From: Dimargaris cristalligena
Taxonomy: Eukaryota
Length of the DNA: 42,730 nucleotides
NCBI GenBank assembly: GCA_003614675.1
Contig: ML002315.1
Span: 1 to 42,730 of the forward strand
Direction: 5' to 3'
Both the position numbers and the translations under genes were made by a program. Positions 22,601 to 33,134 of the stretch are shown here, in pieces (position 1 is the first letter of the stretch; every line of letters starts with the position of its first letter). The notes beneath the pieces are model-generated. The model saw only the letters and a list, made by a program, of their open reading frames with translations, was not told the origin of the DNA and made no database searches.

Positions 22601-23555
22601 TTCAGAATCACCCAATCTACCCAAAGCGCCTCTCCACGAAACAGCTATACCATCGGTAATGGCTAAAAGTCGCCAACCTTCTTCCTCGCCTGACTTGGAC
22701 ATTAGTTCCCACCGTACGACCCCACCAACCCTCTCTAAGTTCACATTTTCGGTGTCGCCCCCGAGTAATAATAATACGAGCTCCCGGGGGGAGTCGAGTG
22801 TGGCCTCGGCCATGACAACCACGGGTGCCCCAACCCGCCCAGGTCGTAGCACTCACCCTTCTCCCCTTCTGGGTTCTAAGCCCGTTGCACCTAATACTCC
22901 GGGGATAACCGGACTTCACCGGCGCCAACCCAGTCAAGCGTATTCATCTCCTTTGGGACGCAATCAGCAGCTGCCACCATCGCCGTCGACCTCCCAACTC
23001 CGGGCGGCTTCGCCTAATATCCCGGAAGCGCGCCTATCCCCAGCGACATCACCTGCCACGACGGCCCCCCTGCCCCGTCTGGCCGAGAATGGCATTGTTC
23101 CTAACAAGGCCACCGTTGCTGCTACCCCCCTTGGGTCCACACCCACCAAACCCTCGAAAGAGTTGAAGGTAGTGGCCGCCTCGGCCCGGTCCACCCAGTC
23201 CCCACCGGTGATTACTACTCCGAGGCCGGCCCTAAGCTCGGTCGGTCTTCCTTCTAAACCCCTCGGACCTCCGCACCCGGGCAACCGTACATCGACCAGC
23301 CCATCTTTTGTGTCCGCTCTCCCTTCCCCGGCACCTTCCAGCGCGGACCCCTCCATCCCACTTTGTTCACCACCCTCATCAAATTGTACTTCTAGCTCTC
23401 GTCTTCCCACTTCCCCTAACCACCCTCTGCATCCTCCTCTTCCTCCTTCCACTTCGTCTAACCCTAACCACTTTGAACCTAGCCTGAGCGATCGCCCGCT
23501 TACCCATCCCCCTATCCACGGCAAACTCCGACCCCAAAAGACCGTGGCCCAATGA
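19617..23555 (+). CDS. 3' part (1312-aa ORF, +1 frame) with Sel1-like helices and a Ser/Pro-rich tail
   Basis: ALRLFSIAAREGNAEAQRELGILFL and ALYWFGQAAEQGDKVADKYL are Sel1-like repeat segments. This frame is open from 19587 and overlaps the upstream ORF, leaving no intergenic space for a promoter. Confidence 0.75.
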   Translation: MFLWPPRTDPRTLGRSPPADPAPSTSSQASSFSSPPPSSVTSPELFRPSSRSISSVDGPTQSLSPDQLPLRPRHQRQNSFDSDSSHQSFTTLSSTRPNSFLRLTDALGFQGGATLPSSAGEPAPVRDRMLSTCSRCRGQSRPCEFCDSWESNRARSTLSNTAGARTSHRYSLPANAIMTTHPPPLAPPDRIAGSSALSPLIPEDPATDPAEQQEAKYQFLALRLFSIAAREGNAEAQRELGILFLSLPAVPMAKLASVPNCSSEDSDESASDHFTDNEDHPSLPSVASNSHAFSQWFGKPAPAPSSSPRLSAVPSWLVTAGTRGKSDAKGSVTNLALDVSELTIQGEVPKSSSGTRHPSPIPPLQLTIPQSGSGTSSYISGPSSAPVAGPSPPRIQTEGMSSGISSSHNHPSSPALRGQSAAIHGDRPTVAANLPAPPTVTPAIVTTMSKPAVTGSSQSSDPLSPTPGPSPVNPSGPIVPIGATRTSQSGETISAPGPSVTGLGRATTTSTTPMVGSVKGARGNAGTGGFMSSSSLKNFFSPILGGSGLFSSSSQTKGSSKLSKSSVGGPVQINPPIENPTPTIAEEPEPGQQPSVKREPTPSGPGRSSTFNPRGRSNSVSVMPGLSDSGAGSHSLTQLTVSSAIDLPLGNPSSSSMLPRAHPHGTIAESSTANGQLPAPTLCGLHRSVSTHSYTSVDHPTSPMHSQSIRRPHRTHPRHHNSLLRDMSLRDSLLSSSIFSQQSSSSGVTASSSVSNTGISEATGKGFGDDITKVNPENIASALYWFGQAAEQGDKVADKYLRHRDGPLSLLSNLPDSGKPLKPSTLQDNVEVASAASASAAAVAATSMDLTSSEESYLPDPLISPPPVGRSSRNFCHISSPPTLGGLRHSASQAYLPSLSSLTVLGQTGGSMGLIEPPSAATRSLPAKPRSRRRTSLFTIPSATSSTSSLSSAASSLATAGWRAPPSGDAIAQTTHATVTATSAVGVTPLKRSHASESPNLPKAPLHETAIPSVMAKSRQPSSSPDLDISSHRTTPPTLSKFTFSVSPPSNNNTSSRGESSVASAMTTTGAPTRPGRSTHPSPLLGSKPVAPNTPGITGLHRRQPSQAYSSPLGRNQQLPPSPSTSQLRAASPNIPEARLSPATSPATTAPLPRLAENGIVPNKATVAATPLGSTPTKPSKELKVVAASARSTQSPPVITTPRPALSSVGLPSKPLGPPHPGNRTSTSPSFVSALPSPAPSSADPSIPLCSPPSSNCTSSSRLPTSPNHPLHPPLPPSTSSNPNHFEPSLSDRPLTHPPIHGKLRPQKTVAQ

Positions 23556-25746
23556 TGGTGTTTATATTTACCCTTAGCATATATATCTATATATACCTGT
23601 AATCTTTCCCTGTGGTTGGGTGCGGAACTTATGTGGGCTATTTTTCTCAAGGTTCTTTTTATTTTATTTATTTATTGTTTCTAATTGATTGACCTACCGC
23701 TTCGTGATTAGATTTTTCCACTGCCTTCTATGAGAGTGTGTGTTTTTCCCGTTTCTCACACCATTTATTATTGTTTATGGCTGTACTAAACCTTATATTT
23801 CTTATTTTTGCTGTTAAAATGTATTCCAAGCACTGTGTTCACAAGGCCTATATCTATATCTAATTTCTATTATCTATAAATCTCTATTTTTATATATATA
23901 AATATACACATATATATTCTCAATCTGAATTGCCTATCCAGCGTGGCTAGGGACCTTCGTACATTTGGTCTCGTCGTTTAAACGGATTTGGCACTAGGAA
24001 ATGCAAATATTATCACCAAATGGCCGTGTCAACATACCGAGGCCCATGCGTATAAGGATAATGCCAACCAATACCTGGTCGGCCCTATGGGAAATATTTA
24101 TGTCACCCTTGGTCTTTGCCCGCCAATGTGGCTGAATATAGATACAGAGAGGATTTATAATCGACCCGTTTTCCCAAAATGGAATAAATTAAATCGAGGA
24201 GCGGGGCGAGTGGCCAAAACCACTTTTATAATTACAATAGGTCAACCCAACAAATAGAGCCACGCCTATTCCCTGACAAAAGCCCAGTTGGACCCCCTCC
24301 CTATACATCCTTTTGAGTTATCCAGTAAGTATTCCGATGGAGGGTTTGCCAGTCGCTAGAATCGCTGAATCCCCTGATTTATGTAGCAGCTACTCATCTG
24401 GCTTGACAAGCGCCCAATTGGTAAGTGTCGTTGGGATATTTTCCAGACTATCATATTGTAGGGCTAGGGAATCCGTATATACATTTACTTGATATCACTT
24501 GCTCTAAACCATGCATATTAAAGGAATGAGTCGCACACTGGCATTGGAAGAATAATGGGGGTTTCGCATACGGCGGAGAAGTATTCGTAGATGTATTTCT
24601 ACACGTGAAGTGCATTGCCTTTTGAAGCTACTTTATTCGGGATTGGCAGCAATAGCCAGGGGGGCGTGGGGAGCCAAAATTTACAGACAGCTTGAGCCAC
24701 ATGTAGGGTATGGTCGGTCGATTGTAGATAAGCTGCCCGTATTCAAGGCAAACCATTAATTAACTCTTGCGCAACAGCGGAGAGGAGCTGAACACTTAGT
24801 GAGATTATGTAATTTATTAGTAGTAGGCGGGCAAGAGTCTACTTTTGTCAGCCTTTGCATTGCATGGAGGGGGGGGAGTGAGGGAAAATCGGGGCATTCC
24901 AATGGCCTAGAACCAATCTATACTTACTATTATACAAAGTGAATTCGGCCAGCCCCTTAATAGGGAACGAAGTCCCGCCAGCCAATTAATAAATATCCAC
25001 CACATGAAATGCCCTTCTATATTAACTATTATACCACCCCCCCCTTGTCCAGAGATGCACATGCTCGACCAAACTTGGGCCTTTTCCACGTATGGGGGAT
25101 GTATTCGCCTAGTGGAATTCATGTTGCCTATAATCTAAGTCCTGCCGAGTCGGAAGGCGCGAGGCTAGTTTATTCCCAACAGGATCTGGAACAGCGGTAT
25201 TTTATTGGTACTTGTATAAAGGAAGGAGCCAAACTGTCGTGATTCACTTTGACATGGGTAGTTTAGTTAATGTGGTATAGGTAAATCATTTCACCACCCT
25301 CTCCACCTTCTCGAGATATCAGTGGCCCCTGATGCACCTGGTCTGAGAACGTACAGGGTTGGCCGCGTGATATGGCATCTTTAACCGCAAAGGGCATTTT
25401 TGCTAATCACTGGTGATTGATTGTGTGGGTAATCGACTAATGAGATTAGGTTACCCCTGCACTATTTTGCAGCGCATCGGGAAATTACGCATGTTTTACG
25501 AGAGGTATAGCGCCCTCGATTTGACCTGTTAAAGGGAATAGACAATCTCCAATTTGCATTTGATTAGTTAGTCCGCCCCAGAATGGCTAGATATGCCCCC
25601 ATAGATCCCCTCTAACCCATCCACTAGACTGGCGGCGCTTGTTGTGGTGGTGGTTGGCAAGCACAACCTTCATCCAGTGAGCAGTCCTGGATCCCCAAAG
25701 GTCCGATGATTTACACCCTAAAAACCGGCATCCAGTCAGTCCCCCT

Positions 25747-25752
25747 TATAAA
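25747..25752 (+). promoter_or_regulatory. TATA box (TATAAA) of the secreted I9 gene
   Basis: TATAAA about 125 nt upstream of ATG 25876, followed by a pyrimidine-rich leader. Confidence 0.55.
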
Positions 25753-25875
25753 GCCTCAGGTCCCCCCGCCCCTGTTGAATCTAGACCAGAGTGTATCGTC
25801 ACATCGTTCAAACCATCTTGCCCAATTTCACCTCGCTCTCCCTCTCTCGCTTTTTATTTACCCGACCGTACCACT

Positions 25876-26292
25876 ATGAAGTTTATCGTCGCTCTCGTCT
25901 TTTCGCTACTGGCCCTCTTCGCCACTTTGACTCAGGCCCGAACGATCCCCGTGGGTGGCCTGGAGATCGACTCACTCGCCAACCATGGCCTTCTTCGCCG
26001 AGAGCTCTATAATACCCCCGATGCCGCTGTTGCTGGATCGCTCCAACTCACTGAAATTTCCACCTATATTGTCACCATCAATCGTCTTTCGGCCTTTGAC
26101 TACTCCGCCAAGAACAAGAATATCTTCAAGAACAAAATGGCGTCGCTGAACATTCCCTACACCATCGAGGCTGAATACACCTTTTTAATTTACGGCTACG
26201 CCGTCTCCTTTGACCCCAAATACCTGCCGGCGGTCCGCTCCATCTCCGTGGTCAAGTCGGTGGCCCTCTCCAGTACTTCTAGCGGATTGTAA
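25876..26292 (+). CDS. Secreted stand-alone peptidase inhibitor I9 (subtilisin-propeptide-like) protein, 138 aa
   Basis: Signal peptide MKFIVALVFSLLALFATLTQA; dibasic LLRR; I9 pattern YIVT...I..EY..LIYGYAVSF....L..VRSI..VKSV. No protease domain follows before the stop. Confidence 0.75.
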   Translation: MKFIVALVFSLLALFATLTQARTIPVGGLEIDSLANHGLLRRELYNTPDAAVAGSLQLTEISTYIVTINRLSAFDYSAKNKNIFKNKMASLNIPYTIEAEYTFLIYGYAVSFDPKYLPAVRSISVVKSVALSSTSSGL

Positions 26293-26644
26293 ATGGCCCA
26301 CCTTCCACCACCATTTTAGCTATCCGTTTTTTAACGGGGCGATGTCCCAAGTTGACTGGGTCCATTTGGCCAGGCTGTAGTATGCTTGATTCGGTTTCCA
26401 TGGGTTTGAAGGGGTAACTACCGAATATGTCCCGAATACCCTCACCACTAGCTCCATTATTGGATATTGACCATCATTTCATTTTGTGAATGGGCTGATT
26501 TTTCCCTGGTCCCTCCTCTCCGTCTCCTCACAATAATTATATTGATGATATTACCTCTTGTTCTAATCTAGTCCTAATAAACATCCATCATCCGATCTTG
26601 AATTTATAATAGATTGTATATATAACAAGGGGCTATGGGTCTGA

Positions 26645-28177
26645 TCAACGATTGGGATCGGCTGCGACTAGCCGATCAATGGCCTGCTGCGCCAATCCCT
26701 GGGTCTCCAGCTGTCCTTTCTGTTTAGCGTTATAGTGTGCCTTTTTAAATTGCTTGAGGGCTCCACTGGAATTACCCACCCGCTCTTCCAGGATACCGTA
26801 ACTATACCAAGCGGCTGTACAATTATCCGCGCACTCCGGGTTATTGTGCTGGAATTGGGTGGCTACGGACAGGGCGTGATCCAGCCAGTGTTTCGCCCGG
26901 GGGAGATTGTGGGCGTGGTCCGCCAGTATTTGGGCGCAATGGGTCATGAGTACCGAGGCGTGGCAAGGGTCCCGGTCACCAATGAGTTCGATTAGACTGG
27001 AGTACATGGCGAGCGCAATCTGCGGCCGGTGGCCTTCGTTGGCGTAGTATAGAGCCAGGGCCTCCAGGCAGCCACCGACCTCCTGGTAGGTGATCCAGGG
27101 TGGTAACCGATTCGCATCCATTGGCACCACCGGCAAGCCGGCGAAAATATTGGAAGGTGAAGAGGAGGAGGAGGAGTCGGTCGATGGTTGAGCCGAAGTA
27201 TCCGGCGGTGGGGTGGTGGAGCTTTGGCTTTCTTTAGGGGCCGGGGAATGGAACAATCCTAGGGCTACCATAACGACTTGGACACTCCATTCTAGGGCCC
27301 GCTCCCGCCCTCGTAATAGCGCATCAGAATCCGAATCACCTACTATGTTGCTATCAGGTACCTCATCACTGTGTGAGCTCTTATAGACTTTGGAGTACAT
27401 ATCCGCCAAATGGTGGCTGGTTCCAAGGGCCTTCATGATCGTCTCCCGAACGACCGAGGAATTGCCGGGTGACTGGTGGCCTTCAATGGCCCCTGCAGCC
27501 AGCCTACGGCCAACGAGAACAGGGTCCTCCATGCCTTGTTGGCCGACCCAACGCTCCAGCAGGTCTTTGTCAACTGCCGCCGCCTCGGCCCACCGCTTAG
27601 CCCGATCCAACACATCGGCCAGCTCCACCAGAATACCGGTGACATGGTCGTCCGCCGGGGGGAAGCCCGGGGTATCGGCCAGTACCGCCAGGGCCTGTTC
27701 GTACGCATGAATGGCGCGCTCGTAATCCAGTGTCGAGGCATGCTTGTGGTAGATTAAGGCCTCCCGTAGGAGTTTGCGGACCGGTGCGGGGTAACGCAGC
27801 GCTGCACCGAAGTAGTAAACATAGAGGCCGGACAGGGTGGCTATGGAGGCCAGAATAGTGGAACAAATCAGTATCAGGCGGCGGGGACTTAGGGGGAATT
27901 GGAGCCGGGGTAAATCGGCCATGAGTCGGCGGGTTTCGGCACCGCCGGCCCGCCAGGGACCCGAGGTTTGCCAGCGCCGGACGAACGCCCCACCGCTGGG
28001 GAAAAGGGATGAGCCCGGGGGGCCGAAGCTCGGCGAATTTAAGACGGTTGCATTATTCGGTGGCCGGAACAACCGGGAGATTGGTGTAGGTTGACACATA
28101 ACCGGGGCCGTCAGTAAGGCCCGTGGTTTGAGCAACACCGGTAACGTACGAGAAGTAGTGATACGACATAAATTCAT
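26645..28177 (-). CDS. Mitochondrial inner-membrane TPR-like protein, Mgr3-like (i-AAA protease adaptor), ~510 aa
   Basis: Basic, acid-poor N-terminus from ATG 28177, one TM helix (LILICSTILASIATLSGLYVYYF), then YPAPVRKLLREALIY and helical repeats (AIHAYEQAL, AWYSYGILEE..GNSSGALKQFKKA). The family assignment is from recall. Confidence 0.65.
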   Translation of the reverse strand: MNLCRITTSRTLPVLLKPRALLTAPVMCQPTPISRLFRPPNNATVLNSPSFGPPGSSLFPSGGAFVRRWQTSGPWRAGGAETRRLMADLPRLQFPLSPRRLILICSTILASIATLSGLYVYYFGAALRYPAPVRKLLREALIYHKHASTLDYERAIHAYEQALAVLADTPGFPPADDHVTGILVELADVLDRAKRWAEAAAVDKDLLERWVGQQGMEDPVLVGRRLAAGAIEGHQSPGNSSVVRETIMKALGTSHHLADMYSKVYKSSHSDEVPDSNIVGDSDSDALLRGRERALEWSVQVVMVALGLFHSPAPKESQSSTTPPPDTSAQPSTDSSSSSSPSNIFAGLPVVPMDANRLPPWITYQEVGGCLEALALYYANEGHRPQIALAMYSSLIELIGDRDPCHASVLMTHCAQILADHAHNLPRAKHWLDHALSVATQFQHNNPECADNCTAAWYSYGILEERVGNSSGALKQFKKAHYNAKQKGQLETQGLAQQAIDRLVAADPNR

Positions 28178-28516
28178 GGTCCATGGGTTTTGAAGCAAAG
28201 TATATTACATGCAATTGGCTATTATACAAAGAATATACGACGGATCGTAAGGGTCATAAGTGGAGTTGGATAAAGGAGACTTTACAACGGTATCGGATTG
28301 GGGTGAGTCTGGGCAGCTTTCCAATACGCTAGCTCAATGGGCAGCCATGGGTCACATGGCGGGGCTGAATGGTTTCAGTGGGGTAGTCAAGTTATTCGTC
28401 ACAGTCGCCAGCTGTGGTTTATTTTGCCACCAGTTGCACTCATTTGCCCCAGCCAGCCAACGGTGGACACCGCCATGAACAAAACCACGCAAGTACTGTG
28501 CGGTATGTTGATAAGC

Positions 28517-28532
28517 GAGAGAGAGAGAGAGA
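28517..28532 (+). repeat. (GA)8 microsatellite
   Basis: Read directly. Confidence 0.85.
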
Positions 28533-28828
28533 AAGAATAATAATACTATTATGATCACCTGAACAGTAAATGTCCCACCGTGGTCTCTTTATTCTAAGCC
28601 AGTGTAGATTAAACTGGTGGCGGTGTCTCTCTATTTGGGGGGTCTGCTTGGTATGGATGGGGGGCACTCGCAATATACATTCATCCTCGGCCTGCTGTGG
28701 GTGGTTGATGGAAACCATAATCAGCTGGGTGAGGGTTATATTTTGTCGCTGCTGACGACCTCACTTTTGATCCTTCTCTTCTATCATTACCCATATACCA
28801 TTATTGCTGTGGCTAATAGATATACAAG

Positions 28829-29361
28829 GTATGCGACACCGCCTCTATATTCGCCGCCGCCCCTCCATCGTCCACGCCCTCTGCCGACTCGTCCGTCCGA
28901 CCGTTCGTTTGCCATCCATCCATCTGTTAACCCGGCGCTTGCCTCGTACCCCGCTCGAATAAGTATCCTTCGATCGAGCGTTGAAGCCAAACCATCTGTC
29001 TGGCTGTCTCATGGCCATTCCACTCGGCGACGTCGGCCCGTGCGAGGTACATTCTAGCAGATGGATGGATGGATGCACCAATTGGCCGGAAGAATAGTGC
29101 GCCGGCTCGTCAGCTGTTCCATCGACTGATACTCTGCGAAATGCAATCCGGCGAGTCTACTCAAGTTTGTGACAACACGGAGGGGCCCGGTATCGCGCCA
29201 CCGGCCTCAATGGCCCCATTTCGGAAATTAACTTGGAATGCTGGTCAACCCCTTCCACCACTCTTCTCCATCCGAGCCACCGGCTAGTAGTCCATGTCTA
29301 ACCCAGTTCTCTTACTATATTACCTAATTTGCCTTATGTCACTTTTGAATCGCCTCTCTAG
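28829..29361 (+). other. Putative 533-nt 5'-UTR intron of the ubiquitin-RPL40 gene containing nested inverted repeats
   Basis: Donor AAG|GTATGC at 28829; branch-like CTAAC (29298) or CTAAT (29324); pyrimidine tract; acceptor CTCTCTAG|ATCAAAATG ending 6 nt before the start codon. A pyrimidine-rich leader at ~28761-28790 lies upstream. Confidence 0.65.
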
Positions 29362-29754
<393 letters not shown>

Positions 29755-30643
29755 ACGGTTTCGTATATATATTTCGTCGTTACCCAATTTGTTCGTTCAA
29801 TTATCTCGTGTGCGCACATACGTCTCTACCCCTTCCATTGCGTGTGTGTTAGTCGAACGTATTTTTTTACGCTCGCCAATTTGGGTGCCGTCGTCCCGAT
29901 TCCTCCTTGGCGGGCACCGTTCCTCTCCTTCCCCCTCTCCCCTCTTTATCCCTTTTCCACAGCCGTATTTTATGCATATTAGCCCAACCTTGTACTCCGT
30001 GATTGGGATATCGAAGGCTTGTGGTTGAACGTTTACAAATAAATGTGGAACGTAGTCTTTTGGGCAAACTAGATTCTGGTCTAGACTAATAGTGGGTGCT
30101 TTCTGTGGTGTTGATTTCGAATGTTTACGATTTTAATTGGAACATGCCTTTATTGGATTCATAATTCTGTAGCGGATCACGTCCCCAAAATCTTCCGTTA
30201 TGGTATGGTTTTCATTGAGCAATTATCGAATGCATGTAATTTAGGAGTGGAGTTCGATACAATGGCGAATTTACTTAAATGAAACTTAAGTAAGAATTTA
30301 TATATAAGATCTAAATCGAAGTAGTAGAACATGCCTTCGAATTATTCCGAAATTCCACCATTTACGGGTGGACTGAAGCTCTCCTATATCTAATTAGGAT
30401 CATAATACAGTGTATTTTATCACACCACCGTTTTTCACCATCCTTCTAGTCTTTATTAAAATCAGCCCTGTACTTTACCCATTCTTGCAGAGCAATTAGC
30501 CTCGTTGTTTCCTAGACACTTTCCGATTGTACACTAAAGGCTTAAACGGGTCTGTTCTTTCTAGATTCTATATTCCTTTCCACCGTTCATTAACTCACTT
30601 TTTTTTACCTCCCCTTTGTTCTTTTGATTGTTAATTGCTACGA

Positions 30644-32794
30644 ATGGCCCTGACAAGGCCTTGGAATTCACAATGCAGTCACCTCCGTCAACTCATTTCC
30701 CACGGGCGACGGAAGGCCATTCCAATCGTTGGCCAATGTTTACAAGGGTACCCGACCCCTAATACTATCTTACATTGGCCATTGGCGACACTGCCAGCCC
30801 GTCGCTGGAGTTCGAATACGAGTACGAGTACATGTATAACCTCAAGTTCAGATTCACCCACCACGAGCCCCGAGCCACCTTCTACCACCACCAATGACCC
30901 TCCCAAAGCAGCCCAATCAAGCCCAAAGAACACCGGCCCGGCCAAGCTTCGGCCACATCGCATGTGGGACAATGCCTCCACCAAGGAACTGATCCAGGCC
31001 ATTTGGGACCAAGGGGTCGATGAAGAGCACCTCGATTGGGAAGAGATTGCGAAGAAATTCCCCGGTCGAAGCCAACACGCGATTAGGTGTCGGTGGCGGC
31101 TCTGTCTGACCCATCATAAGCTGGGCCGTTTTGATATTAATCAATACATGAACGAACCCGATGGTAGGTTGCGCCCGATGGATGTATTTTTGCTCCCTTT
31201 GGTTGATCTTACTTGGTATTAATGGCTTCATTTGACCCAAATTCGCGCCTTACTCCATCGCTATTAGTTAGTGTGAGGTGGTGGTACCTATGCGGCTATT
31301 TAACCGTTGGCTTCCGCACGACCGCTTGATCTTTTTCGGTTCGGCCATTCTATAGATAGAATACTCCTTACTATACATTGCAATTACCGCATGCTAAGTC
31401 GATAACCGCGGTTGCCTTTTTTTGATCCATTGAATTGCCCTCTTATTGCCCCTCCCCTAATATTACCTCTTTAATATCGGTGTATTTTCCTCATAACCTC
31501 TATAGACCAGGCCGCGGATGGGATAGTAACGAACGCCCGCTTCAAGGTAGGCAAAGTGGGCTTAATAATCCGGTACTGGTCCGCCGAGGAAGTGGATCTG
31601 CTCAATACAGCGATAGGCACTTACGGGACGAGCGACTGGTTGCTGATTGCCAAAGCAGTCGGCACGCGGTCCGGAATGCAGTGTTTTTTGCGGTATCATC
31701 GGAACCGCAAGATGGCACCCGGCGAATCCAAGCGCGCCTGGACCCGGAATGAGGATAACCGCATCCGTAGACTGGTCGCGAAACACGGCCACCGGTGGAA
31801 ATCGTTTGAGCCCAAATTCCCGGGCCGCACCAACGTCGAGCTGTTTCGTCGCCACCGGGTCGTCACGAACCCCCCGCGCCGATTATGGACCCCTAAACAA
31901 ACCGAACGTCTGCTGGAGGCCGTCAACCGCCTGGGAACAGCAGCTTGGGATCAGATCGCCCTGGCCGTGAACTGTCGCAAGACGAAAACGCAGTGCTACA
32001 ATAAATGGTATCGACTCGCGACCATGAATAAATCAGGGGCCTGGTCCGTGGAGGAGGATGTGCGTCTGATCAAAGCGGTCTATGGTTTGGCTCCCGAGTC
32101 CTTAAAAGACAGTCTATTTGCCCCCACCCTAGCCAAATTACCACCTCAAAGTATGGCTGAATTAATTCGTCGAGCGGTAGGCCCGCAATTCCCCCGCGCA
32201 TCCGACCCCAACCAAACGGATACTGCTTCTAATACTCCAGATTTAGGTGCCAAGGCCCCGGCGACTGAACCCGTCTCTCCGTTCCAGGGCCTGCTGATGT
32301 CAATGCGGTCAGAGAATACGGACACCGCCTCACTTTCCTCCTTCTTTTCCGCTTCTACCACCATCACCCAAGACACCACCTCCGAGTCTAGCAAGGCGGA
32401 TTCCCTATCCCGCGTTCACCGTACCCGCTCATTATCTGGCTCATCCTTATCGTCCCCACTGGGTGCTGACCAATCCGTCACGGACCTGAATCTGCCGTTT
32501 TGGGGTATTGTTAGTCACCTCGTTTCGGATCGGGGGCCTAGTCAATGCTACCACCGTTGGCGACGCCATCAGTCATTTCTTGCCTATGATTTTACAGAGG
32601 CGCAAAACCAGCAAGCTCGCTTCAAGAAATTTCACGTCGGTTCTAGGTTTAACGTATCCACCATTATTCGAAAGTTGAATCTGGATTACCCGGTCCATGT
32701 CTTGCGGTATTTTATCCGAACCACCAAAATCAACGCAGTGATCAGTAAAGAGGCGGAGTCTTCCCCCAGTAACCTCCAACCGGAGAAAAATTGA
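30644..32794 (+). CDS. Multi-repeat Myb/SANT protein with apparent mitochondrial presequence, ~602 aa; exons 30644-31163, 31506-32794
   Basis: Five Myb-type repeats (W..EE..LL...W..IA....R...C..RW) plus a degenerate sixth. Intron 31164-31505 (GTAGGT..TAG, phase 1) joins the two ORFs in frame (1809 nt). Confidence 0.85.
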
Positions 32795-33134
32795 TTTTTT
32801 TATATTAAATGTTCAGATTGATTATAGTATTTTGTAGTTGGTAAAGCTGGATAAGGCATTTGGTGGCTATGCCTATTAGCGTGTCAATATTATTTCGGGG
32901 GCATTTTGAGATCGAAGGATAATACCTAATTCGTTTGTAGAACAGCCCTGGGTATGCACAGGCTATATATCTCTTGGTTAAATAGGCATATGGATAAGGC
33001 AGGCTACAGCTAGCTCGTGTTTGGAGGCTACAGACGGGCTATTTCAATCTAATGTAGCTACTCATGACGCTGTACAGGTGTTATTTATTAAACCAATAGT
33101 TGATCATCTCCATACCATCCGGTGGTTGTGGTTT

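Noticed and set aside
24141-24160. GATACAGAGAGGATT, similar to the U6 snRNA ACAGAGA box
   Set aside because: The following AGC triad, internal stem-loop and 3' U-tract are absent.
25326-25395. TPP-riboswitch-like spacing (CCCTG...CTGAGA...CAGGG...TGAT...AAAGG)
   Set aside because: The conserved GUG is AUG, P4 does not pair, the L5 UAAU loop is missing, and the downstream gene is unrelated to thiamine.
29126-29145. CTGATA...GAAA as a hammerhead ribozyme core
   Set aside because: It lacks CUGANGA and no stem II lies between the motifs.
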